A DNA stretch of 61,591 nucleotides from assembly GCA_018896815.1 (NCBI GenBank), contig JAHILY010000005.1, positions 1 through 61,591 on the forward strand, in the 5' to 3' direction. Below, piece by piece: positions 54,469 through 61,591 of this stretch. Within the stretch, counting starts at the first letter, position 1. The number at the start of each line of letters is the position of its first letter. Made by a program: the position numbers and the translations under genes. The DNA comes from Candidatus Omnitrophota bacterium (GTDB lineage: Bacteria > Omnitrophota > Gorgyraeia > Gorgyraeales > Gorgyraeaceae). The notes beneath the pieces are model-generated. The model was not told the DNA's origin, made no database searches, and worked only from the letters and a program-made list of their open reading frames with translations.

Positions 54469-54836
54469 AAAAACTTATACTATTATCAATGCTGATTTTT
54501 GTGTTTGTATCTTTTGCATCATCCGGCATTGCGTTTGCGCATTGCGGCATGTGCCAGTCAGAGTCTGGCGAAGAGGGCGAACCAATCAATGCTGTCTGTC
54601 CTGTTATGGGAGGCGAGGTCAGTAAAGATACACCGTACAAGACAGAATACAACGGAAAGACAATAGGATTCTGCTGTCCTGGCTGCATAGAGACCTTCAA
54701 TAGCGACCCGGAAAAATACATGGCCAAGATCGAGAAAAAATGCATAATCAAATGCCCGGAATGCGGTGTTGAAATAGATGTCATGGAAGAATGCAAAAAA
54801 GCAGATACAGGCGCATGCGGCCCTGCTTTTAAATAG
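54465..54836 (+). CDS. Secreted YHS/TRASH-domain metal-binding protein
   Basis: Signal peptide, HCGMCQSE, CPVMGGEV...YNGKTIGFCCPGCIETFNSDPEKY. Confidence 0.65.
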   Translation: MKKLILLSMLIFVFVSFASSGIAFAHCGMCQSESGEEGEPINAVCPVMGGEVSKDTPYKTEYNGKTIGFCCPGCIETFNSDPEKYMAKIEKKCIIKCPECGVEIDVMEECKKADTGACGPAFK

Positions 54837-54887
54837 TACCTTGTCATAAATTAATATTGACACCAGCTGATAGCCGTGGTTTAATTA

Positions 54888-55022
54888 GTTGAAAGCGGGG
54901 AGGTCGTGACTGGCCTGAGAGTTCCGTGAGAGCGGATTACCCGATGAACCTGAACTGGATAATGCCAGCGGAGGGAAAAGAGGTTGTATAAGCCCTATGC
55001 CTGCATAGGGCCTTTTATTTTT
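54888..55022 (+). promoter_or_regulatory. TPP (THI-box) riboswitch with intrinsic terminator expression platform
   Basis: GGGGAGGTC..TGGCCTGAGA..ACCCGATGAACCTGAACTGGATAATGCCAGCGGAGGGA. Then GCCCTATGC..GCATAGGGC plus T-tract (54992-55022), and AGGAGG-ATG of thiM. Confidence 0.85.
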
Positions 55023-55032
55023 AGGAGGAAAC

Positions 55033-55818
55033 ATGGATATATATTCTGTGTTAGAAAGGGTGAGGGCCCAGAAACCCCTCGTGCATCACCTGACAAACTG
55101 GGTGACGATCTACGATTGCGCCAATATAGTAAAGGTATTCGGAGCTGCGCCTGTTATGGCGCACGCAGCTGAGGAGGTCGAGGATATGGCTGCGCTTGCC
55201 TCAGCCCTTGTGCTTAATATAGGTACCCTGACCCCTGATTTTATTGAGTCAATGAAGCTGGCTGCGAAGTCAGCCAATAAAAAGGGCATCCCTGTCACGC
55301 TGGATGTGTGCGGCGCAGGCGCTACAAAATTAAGGGACGAAAAGTGCTTTGAACTCCTCGACCAGGTTAAAATAGACGTGATCAAAGGCAATGCCTCAGA
55401 AGTCGCAAGGATCGCTGGCGAAAAGGTCAGGACAAAAGGCGTGGATTCAAGCGAGGTGGAGAAGGATCTGGTAGAGCTGGCAAAAACCCTTGCTGCAAAA
55501 AGAAACGCGACAGTCGTAATAACAGGAAAAGAAGATATAGTGGCTGATAAGGCGAAACATTTCATTGTAAAAAACGGATGTGAGATGATGGCGCATGTGG
55601 TGGGGACTGGATGCATGGCCGCATCAGTCATAGGGGCATTTAGTGCGGTAGAAAAGGATCTGGCCAAGGCAGCTACAGCCGGACTTTGTTGCTATGAAAT
55701 CGCGGCAGAGATCGCTTCTAAGGACAGCGCCGGGCCAGGCACATTTAAAGAAAAACTTTTTGATAATATTTACAGTTTAGATAAAGGCAAAATAGAAAAA
55801 CTACAGAGGGTAGAGTGA
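55033..55818 (+). CDS. thiM: Hydroxyethylthiazole kinase
   Basis: PLVHHLTNWVTIYDCANIVKVFGAAPVMA, VLNIGTL, VIKGNASE, GTGCM. Confidence 0.85.
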   Translation: MDIYSVLERVRAQKPLVHHLTNWVTIYDCANIVKVFGAAPVMAHAAEEVEDMAALASALVLNIGTLTPDFIESMKLAAKSANKKGIPVTLDVCGAGATKLRDEKCFELLDQVKIDVIKGNASEVARIAGEKVRTKGVDSSEVEKDLVELAKTLAAKRNATVVITGKEDIVADKAKHFIVKNGCEMMAHVVGTGCMAASVIGAFSAVEKDLAKAATAGLCCYEIAAEIASKDSAGPGTFKEKLFDNIYSLDKGKIEKLQRVE

Positions 55819-56429
55819 TAAAAGGTTATTATTTTATAACAGACGCAGATATTAGCAAAAGCGGCAATGCGAGCGACGTAAGAGCTGCTATAACTACAGG
55901 GGTAACTGTCGTGCAGTACAGAAGCAAGCTCGATTCGACCGAGCATATGATTAAAGAGGCAAAGGAGTTAAAAAGGATCTGCGCCGGGAAAGCATTATTC
56001 ATTATTAACGATAGGGTCGGGATCTGTCTTTCAGTGGATGCAGACGGCGTTCATCTGGGCCAGGGCGACATGTCCTATGAGACAGCCCGGGATCTTCTTG
56101 GCAGGGACAAAATAATCGGCGTGACCGTGCATGACCTTAAGGAGGCAGTCATGGCGGAGAAAAAAGGCGCTGACTATTTAGGGGTGAGCCCTATATTTTC
56201 TACGACGACAAAGGATGACGCAGGAAGGCCCTGCGGCGCAGCGCTGATAAAAGAGATAAAAAAGGCATGCAGGGTGCCTGTTACCGCAATAGGCGGGATC
56301 GATCTCGATAATGCAAAGGAGGTCATTGACGCCGGCGCTGACGCCATATGCGCGATATCAGCTGTAATAACAAAGGATGATGTAAAGGGCGAAGTCGAGA
56401 AGTTCCAGGCGTTGTTTAAACAAAGATGA
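55815..56429 (+). CDS. thiE: Thiamine-phosphate synthase
   Basis: GYYFITD, VVQYRSK, INDRVGICLSVDADGVHLGQGD, GVSPIFSTTTK, AIGGI. Confidence 0.85.
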   Translation: MIKGYYFITDADISKSGNASDVRAAITTGVTVVQYRSKLDSTEHMIKEAKELKRICAGKALFIINDRVGICLSVDADGVHLGQGDMSYETARDLLGRDKIIGVTVHDLKEAVMAEKKGADYLGVSPIFSTTTKDDAGRPCGAALIKEIKKACRVPVTAIGGIDLDNAKEVIDAGADAICAISAVITKDDVKGEVEKFQALFKQR

Positions 56430-56441
56430 AGGGAGGTCTGT

Positions 56442-57254
56442 ATGTTTCATGAAGTGAGCGAAGCAAAGATCACAAGGGCGATTCTAAGAGAATTTGCCGG
56501 ATGGTTCGAAGAGTATATTACATCAGACGTAATAATCGTAGGCGGTGGGCCGAGCGGACTTACAGCTGCCAGGGATCTGGCAAGGGATGGAATTAAAACC
56601 CTGATTATTGAGGCAAACAATTATTTAGGCGGCGGCTTCTGGATCGGCGGGTATTTGATGAACACATTGACCTTCCGCGCGCCGGCAAATGAGATCCTGG
56701 ATGAATTAAAGATCCCATACAAGGAGGCCGAGCCAGGACTTTTTACCGCAGACGGCCCGAATGCATGTTCAAAGCTTATATCAGCTGCCTGCGATGCAGG
56801 GGTAAAGATTTTAAACATGACCAAGTTCGACGACGTGGTTTTAAGAAACAGCAGGGTAGAAGGCACGGTTATAAACTGGACGCCTGTTTCAGCGCTTCCT
56901 CGGCAGATTACATGCGTGGATCCTGTTTCTCTGGAATCCAAGATCGTTATTGACGCCACTGGTCATGACGCGCATGTCTGCAGGAGCTTGGAAAAAAGAA
57001 ATATCCTGAAATTGAAAGAGTTTGGCCCAATGGATGCAAATACCTCTGAGGACCTGGTAGTGGAGAAGACAGGCGAGATCTATCCAGGACTTTTGGTCTG
57101 CGGCATGGCAGTCTCCACTGCCTACGGCATCCCGCGCATGGGCCCGACATTCGGAGGCATGCTGGTTTCAGGCAAGAAGGTGGCAGAACTCGCAAAAGAT
57201 ATGATACTCGGCGTCGGTAAGGTATCACCCCGACCAGCCGTACTCACCAACTAA
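56442..57254 (+). CDS. thi4: Thi4-family thiazole synthase
   Basis: DVIIVGGGPSGLTAA, GGGFWIGG, VIDATGHDA, GMAV...PRMGPTFGGMLVSG. Confidence 0.85.
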   Translation: MFHEVSEAKITRAILREFAGWFEEYITSDVIIVGGGPSGLTAARDLARDGIKTLIIEANNYLGGGFWIGGYLMNTLTFRAPANEILDELKIPYKEAEPGLFTADGPNACSKLISAACDAGVKILNMTKFDDVVLRNSRVEGTVINWTPVSALPRQITCVDPVSLESKIVIDATGHDAHVCRSLEKRNILKLKEFGPMDANTSEDLVVEKTGEIYPGLLVCGMAVSTAYGIPRMGPTFGGMLVSGKKVAELAKDMILGVGKVSPRPAVLTN

Positions 57255-57333
57255 ATGCTTTACACTTTAGTCCTGGACTAAAGTGTAAAGCATTCTCAGG
57301 GATCCCAAGCAAGGCTGAGGTTTTGCTTGGGAT
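57254..57333 (+). terminator. Two consecutive strong stem-loops after thi4
   Basis: AATGCTTTACACTTTAGT-CCTGG-ACTAAAGTGTAAAGCATT (18-bp stem). ATCCCAAGCAA-N10-TTGCTTGGGAT followed by a T-rich stretch. Confidence 0.6.
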
Positions 57334-57355
57334 TTCTTATTTCTAGGAGTATAAT
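57327..57355 (+). promoter_or_regulatory. Promoter candidate for tatC copy 2
   Basis: TTGGGA-17 nt-TATAAT within the shared TAGGAGTATAATA 13-mer. Confidence 0.4.
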
Positions 57356-57425
57356 ATTCAGGGATACAGATTATGGAGGTGGGTTATGGATGTATTGAGT
57401 AATCTAGGTGTTATGTTGGGAGGGT

Positions 57426-58121
57426 ATGCTTAAAAAGCTTACATTTATCCAACATTTGGAAGAACTCAGGGCCGGGATACTCAAGTCAATTATCTTTATA
57501 ATTTTTGTCTCGGCCATTCTTTATGCATTTACAGATGTAATACTTGGCTTTATGGTCAGGCCTGTTGGCAGGCTTGTATTTATATCTCCCCCCGAGGCAT
57601 TTATTACCACTATAAAGATAGCGCTTTTTGGCGGGCTCTTTTTGTCATCGCCGTTTGTGCTTTATGAGGTATGGCAGTTTATTTCGGCAGGGCTGGGAAA
57701 GGACGAGAGGGGATACGCATTATTATTTGGATTTTTCTCGTTTATCCTATTTCTGGCGGGCTGTTTCTTCGGATATTTTATCATTGTACCCATAGGCATG
57801 AAGTTCCTTTTGGGATTCGGAAGCGATTTTGTCAGTCCAATGATAAGCGTGGGGCGCTATGTTTCTTTTATAGGAACCTTAACGTTTGTATTCGGGATGG
57901 CCTTTCAGCTGCCCATAGTAATCCTTTTTCTTTCAAAGATAGGCGTGGTCACGCCGCACTATTTGTCCAGGAACAGGAAATATGCAGTAGTTATCATGTT
58001 TATCGCAGGGGCTATCTTTACCCCGCCTGATGTAATCACTCAATGCCTTCTGGCAATACCGCTTTTATTACTTTACGAGTTGAGCATAATCCTTTCCAGG
58101 TTGATTAATAGAAAAAGATAA
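57426..58121 (+). CDS. tatC: Twin-arginine translocase TatC (copy 2)
   Basis: Collinear with copy 1; similarity is high by eye, for example FTPPDVITQ and YVSFIGT. ATG 57426 gives the canonical N-terminus. Confidence 0.85.
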   Translation: MLKKLTFIQHLEELRAGILKSIIFIIFVSAILYAFTDVILGFMVRPVGRLVFISPPEAFITTIKIALFGGLFLSSPFVLYEVWQFISAGLGKDERGYALLFGFFSFILFLAGCFFGYFIIVPIGMKFLLGFGSDFVSPMISVGRYVSFIGTLTFVFGMAFQLPIVILFLSKIGVVTPHYLSRNRKYAVVIMFIAGAIFTPPDVITQCLLAIPLLLLYELSIILSRLINRKR

Positions 58122-58128
58122 AAAATAC

Positions 58129-58168
58129 TTGACAGGAGCCTTTAATAATACTAAAATAGTATTATTAA
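58129..58168 (+). promoter_or_regulatory. Promoter overlapped by an 11-5-11 perfect palindrome (candidate Rrf2 operator)
   Basis: TTGACA 58129-58134, 17 nt, TAAAAT 58152-58157. TTAATAATACT-AAAAT-AGTATTATTAA at 58142-58168. Confidence 0.55.
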
Positions 58169-58181
58169 GAAAGGGGCCGAT

Positions 58182-58589
58182 ATGAATTTTATTTCCAGGG
58201 ATACGGATTACGCGGTAAGGGCGCTTATCTATATGGCAAGGCATCCGAAGGCCGAGGTAGTCACAGTGGATGACATTGTAAAAAAAGAACGCCTGCCGGA
58301 AAGATTTTTAAGGAGGATACTTCAGAAATTAGCCGGGAAGGGGTTTCTGGCCTCAAATAAGGGAAAAGGCGGAGGTTTTTCCCTGGTACGTTCGCCAGGG
58401 AGCATAAGATTGACAGATCTTATGGAGACGTTTCAGGGAAAGATGAATCTTACCAATTGCCTTTTAAAAGGCAGGATCTGCCCGAATGTAATGAGAGGGT
58501 GTTTGCTGAGGAAAAAGTTGAGGACCATAGGCAAGGAGCTGGATGCTAAGTTAAACAAGATAACTATTGCCAGTTTGATGAAAGAGTAG
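58182..58589 (+). CDS. Rrf2-family transcriptional regulator (NsrR/IscR-like)
   Basis: ISRDTDYAVRALIYMA, wHTH, and C-terminal Cys triad (C..C.....C: NCLLKGRICPNVMRGC). Confidence 0.85.
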   Translation: MNFISRDTDYAVRALIYMARHPKAEVVTVDDIVKKERLPERFLRRILQKLAGKGFLASNKGKGGGFSLVRSPGSIRLTDLMETFQGKMNLTNCLLKGRICPNVMRGCLLRKKLRTIGKELDAKLNKITIASLMKE

Positions 58590-58593
58590 ATTT

Positions 58594-59298
58594 ATGTCAA
58601 AAAGAAAGATCTTGACAGCTCCCCATCCGCCTCAGGCGGAGGGGATTCTCCAACTTATACCCCGAGGGGCTTTCGTGTTTGGAGTTCCTGTTTCTCTGTG
58701 GGGACCAACGTCCCCACTCCGCAGGCTGACACCGAATGTCCTTCGGCCAAAAAACAGTATAGCAAGTTGCGATATGAATATCAAGAGAAAAAAACAGAAA
58801 GAACAGCACCTTATATCCCCACAGCTAATGCTGGGGGCTTTACGGTGCAAGGTGGTAAATATAGATGGGCTGTCCCGGGACAGCAGTCAAAACCCTCAAA
58901 AGACGAACCACGAATCACGAATCACGAAAAGCGAGTCCGAACTTGGCAACTGGCCCGTGCAGTTGATGCTGGTGCCTACCCAGGCTCCGTATCTAAAGGA
59001 TGCGGACCTATTGATAGCTGCGGATTGCACGGCATTTTCATATCCTGATTTTCATCAGGATTTTCTGAAGGGCAGGGTGCTTCTCCTGGGTTGTCCGAAA
59101 CTGGACGCAGCCACGATATACGAGGAAAAATTGGCAGAGATCTTTAAGGTGAATAATATAAAAAGCATAACAGTGCTGCACATGGAGGTGCCGTGCTGTT
59201 TTGGCCTGATCCAGATTGTTAATGAGGCATTGAGGCTGTCTGGTAAAAAAATCCCTTTAAAGGAAGTCACTATTGGCATCAAGGGGGACGTGAAATGA
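58594..59298 (+). CDS. Conserved Cys-containing protein (NWPVQL...ADC...GCPKLD...VPCC domain). The N-terminal ~115 codons are repeat-derived and of doubtful coding status.
   Basis: The C-terminal 120 aa look like a conserved redox-protein domain. Bases 58610-58940 are packed with mini-hairpins and are open in several frames. Alternative start ATG 58966. Confidence 0.45.
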   Translation: MSKRKILTAPHPPQAEGILQLIPRGAFVFGVPVSLWGPTSPLRRLTPNVLRPKNSIASCDMNIKRKKQKEQHLISPQLMLGALRCKVVNIDGLSRDSSQNPQKTNHESRITKSESELGNWPVQLMLVPTQAPYLKDADLLIAADCTAFSYPDFHQDFLKGRVLLLGCPKLDAATIYEEKLAEIFKVNNIKSITVLHMEVPCCFGLIQIVNEALRLSGKKIPLKEVTIGIKGDVK

Positions 59299-59534
59299 GT
59301 TTTTTTGACGGATGCCCTGGATCAAAAAGGATCAAGGAGCCTTTTCCTGAAAATATCAGGTGCGCTTGCGGAAAGGAAATAGAGATCTGGTCTGATGAAA
59401 CAGAGACTGCGTGTCTATATTGCAAGAAAAAGGTCTCAAGGAATATGCCCCAGTCATGCCTTGACTGGTGCAGTATGGCCAAGGACTGTATCGGCCAGGA
59501 GAAATATAAAAAATACAAGAAGCAGAAAAAATAG
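59295..59534 (+). CDS. Small Cys-rich (zinc-ribbon-like) protein
   Basis: 79 aa with C-x..CAC..., CLYC, C...C...C and a Lys-rich tail. Start overlaps the previous stop (ATGA). Confidence 0.45.
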   Translation: MSFFDGCPGSKRIKEPFPENIRCACGKEIEIWSDETETACLYCKKKVSRNMPQSCLDWCSMAKDCIGQEKYKKYKKQKK

Positions 59535-59615
59535 TGAAAGGTCCCTCGCCGTATGATGGAAAAAATCAAGGCGGCTCGGGATCAAATTTTGCAAAGCAAA
59601 ATTTGGGAGGTTAAG

Positions 59616-60911
59616 ATGTTTTGTTATCAATGTGAGCAGACAGTCGGTGGTACGGGGTGTACAAAGATAGGGGTATGCGGTAAGAACGAAGATATCCAGA
59701 GCCTGCAGGATACATTGCTTTTCGGCCTGAAGGGTATAGCTGCCTATGCCTATCACGCGAGGAAACTGGGAGCAAAGGATGAGGCAGTGGACGCGTTTAT
59801 GCACGAAGGGCTATTTACAACATTGACAAATACAAACTTTGATCTGAATCAGCACCTCGCAACAGTTTTAAAATGCGGAGAGATGAATATAAAGGTAATG
59901 GAGCTTCTGGACAAGGCTAATACAGGGAAGTTTGGCAATCCTGTGCCTACCGAGGTCGAGACAGGCACTAAAAAAGGCCCTGGGATTATAGTTACGGGTC
60001 ATGATCTTTTGGATTTGCTTGAACTCTTAAAACAGACCGAAGGGACAGGAGTCAATGTATATACCCATGGCGAGATGCTTCCTGCTCATGGATATCCTGG
60101 ACTTAAGAAATTCAAGCATTTGGTAGGCAATTATGGAGGGGCGTGGCAAAATCAGAAAAAAGAGTTCAAGGAATTTACAGGCGCGATATTTGCCACTACG
60201 AATTGCGTTCAGGCGCCTCCGGAAAATTCATATCTGGATAGATTTTTTACTACAGGGGTTGTTGGCATAGCCGGCGCTCAGCGCATAGACGGCCATGACT
60301 TTAGCAAGTTGATTGAAAAGGCAAACGCTCTGCCGCCATTGCCGGAGAAGCCAGGCAAAAAGATCATGACCGGCTTTCACCATTCAGCTGTCCTGGGCCT
60401 GGCAGAAAAGATAGTGGGAGCAGTAAAATCCGGCAAGATCAGGCATTTCTTCCTGATCGGCGGCTGCGACGGCGCAAAGCCCGGACGCGATTATTATACG
60501 GAATTTGCCGAAATGGTCCCAAAGGATTGCGTTATCCTTACCTTGGCCTGCGGCAAGTACCGTTTTAACAATCTTGATTTCGGGGCCATTGACGGCATCC
60601 CCAGGCTTCTGGATGTGGGGCAGTGCAATAATGCGTATTCTGCAATAAAGATCGCAGCGGCCCTGGCAGAGGTATTTAAGACAGACGTAAATGGCCTGCC
60701 ATTGACTCTGGTCCTGTCCTGGTTTGAGCAGAAAGCAGTTGCAATACTGCTTTCTTTATTGTATCTTAATATAAAAGGCATGTATGTAGGCCCTACGCCG
60801 CCAGCCTTTATCTCAAAGAATGTATTTAAGGTGCTTCAGGAGAAATTCGATCTTAGATTGATCAGCGAGCCGAAAAAGGATTTGGAAGCGGCATTAAAGA
60901 AAGGTCTTTAA
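59616..60911 (+). CDS. hcp: Hybrid cluster protein (hydroxylamine reductase), short class
   Basis: [19 protein letters not shown]-terminus directly after GGGAGG. GHDL, NCVQ, GGCDG, QCNN motifs. Confidence 0.9.
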   Translation: MFCYQCEQTVGGTGCTKIGVCGKNEDIQSLQDTLLFGLKGIAAYAYHARKLGAKDEAVDAFMHEGLFTTLTNTNFDLNQHLATVLKCGEMNIKVMELLDKANTGKFGNPVPTEVETGTKKGPGIIVTGHDLLDLLELLKQTEGTGVNVYTHGEMLPAHGYPGLKKFKHLVGNYGGAWQNQKKEFKEFTGAIFATTNCVQAPPENSYLDRFFTTGVVGIAGAQRIDGHDFSKLIEKANALPPLPEKPGKKIMTGFHHSAVLGLAEKIVGAVKSGKIRHFFLIGGCDGAKPGRDYYTEFAEMVPKDCVILTLACGKYRFNNLDFGAIDGIPRLLDVGQCNNAYSAIKIAAALAEVFKTDVNGLPLTLVLSWFEQKAVAILLSLLYLNIKGMYVGPTPPAFISKNVFKVLQEKFDLRLISEPKKDLEAALKKGL

Positions 60912-60919
60912 GGGATTCA

Positions 60920-61591
60920 ATGGATCCTAATGTATTGCATAATGTTGGTTACGGCATGTATGTGGTCGCCTCTAACAAGGGCGATGCGCTGAATGCCCAG
61001 ATAGCGAATACCCTGTTTCAGATAACCAGCGAGCCTGTTACAATAGCAGTCAGCATAAACAAAAAGAACCTCACCCACGAATACATTGAGAACAGTTCGC
61101 GATTTACTGTATCGATATTATCAGAGGATGCGCCGCTTAATTTCATAGGCAGGTTCGGATTCCGCTCAGGCAGGGACGGGGATAAATTTAAAGACGTTAA
61201 ATTTAAAAAGCTGGCGTCTGGATGCCCGGTGGCCTTGGACCACGCGATCGGCTATCTGGAGGCAAAGGTGATAAATAGACTTGATTGCGGCACGCATACG
61301 CTTTTTCTCGGGGAAATGACAGATTCGCAGATCTTAAAAGCCGGCAGGCCGATGACATACGCCTATTATCATCAGGTAAAACGCGGCGCTACCCCGGAGA
61401 CAGCCCCTACCTTTATTAAAGAAGAGGCAATGGCCACAGGAGGCACAGAGATGCAAAAATACAGATGCACTGTTTGTAATTATATATATGACCCAACAGT
61501 CGGCGACCCTGACAGCGGGGTCCAGCCAGGCACAGCATTTGAAGACATACCTGATGCATGGGTGTGCCCTGTATGCGGGGTGGGCAAAGAC
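60920..61591 (+). CDS. Flavin-reductase-domain / rubredoxin fusion (high-molecular-weight rubredoxin-like), 3' partial
   Basis: GMYVVAS...NAQIANT...TVSI flavin-reductase fold. C-terminal [12 protein letters not shown]...[11 protein letters not shown] rubredoxin. Runs off the window end. Confidence 0.8.
   Translation, partial: MDPNVLHNVGYGMYVVASNKGDALNAQIANTLFQITSEPVTIAVSINKKNLTHEYIENSSRFTVSILSEDAPLNFIGRFGFRSGRDGDKFKDVKFKKLASGCPVALDHAIGYLEAKVINRLDCGTHTLFLGEMTDSQILKAGRPMTYAYYHQVKRGATPETAPTFIKEEAMATGGTEMQKYRCTVCNYIYDPTVGDPDSGVQPGTAFEDIPDAWVCPVCGVGKD

Noticed and set aside
54984-55172. 62-aa + strand ORF starting upstream of thiM
   Set aside because: It begins (TTG) in the riboswitch expression platform just upstream of the terminator hairpin and runs through it in a different frame from thiM, which has a proper AGGAGG-ATG.
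55110-55667. 185-aa minus-strand ORF
   Set aside because: It is antisense to thiM, whose identity is well supported. The Ala/Ser/Thr-rich translation is typical of the reverse frame of a GC-richer gene.

Overview
61.6 kb from an AT-rich, Gram-negative-type anaerobe (outer-membrane porin, TolC and Tat genes present). All roughly 60 supportable genes are on the + strand. There is no rRNA, tRNA, CRISPR array, transposase or phage gene. Order of content: (1) a sulfate-assimilation and protein-thiocarboxylate cluster (DUF2061, cysH, PiT/CysP-type permease, JAMM peptidase, ThiS~CysK fusion, small sulfite-reductase-like protein, TusA-like, ThrC-like, CysO/MoaD-like carrier, MoeB/ThiF E1), interrupted by tetrapyrrole genes (hemA, hemC-cobA-hemD fusion, hemB, hemL); (2) NIL-domain gene, PhnD-like binding protein and a NarL-type two-component system; (3) hdrCBA-mvhD plus three Flx/Asr-like redox subunits; (4) a frameshifted menA and a polyprenyl synthase; (5) a Psr/Phs/Ttr/Arr-type molybdoenzyme module (Cys-rich secreted protein, porin, NrfD, FeS, Mo subunit, TorD, response regulator and kinase, tatAC, moeA, mobA); (6) nuoE/nuoF-like and fdhA genes followed by mobB, moaA, moaC, MOSC, moaB and chrA; (7) a Spy-like gene, then a DUF134/thioredoxin-like/DsbD-like/acr3 operon; (8) csoR-cusCBA-YHS; (9) TPP riboswitch-thiM-thiE-thi4; (10) a second tatC, then rrf2-orf-orf-hcp and a flavin-reductase/rubredoxin gene. 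The most unusual signal is sequence-level: a modular family of nested palindromic repeats with C6...G6 clamps and GAAAATYGC hairpins. It shows compensatory substitutions between copies. Copies sit after stop codons and also in frame inside coding sequence (nuoF-like gene). Heptamer-type tandem repeats are also expanded in frame in hemC, hemB and hemL. Two genes are each broken by one missing T in a GATTTTTT context.
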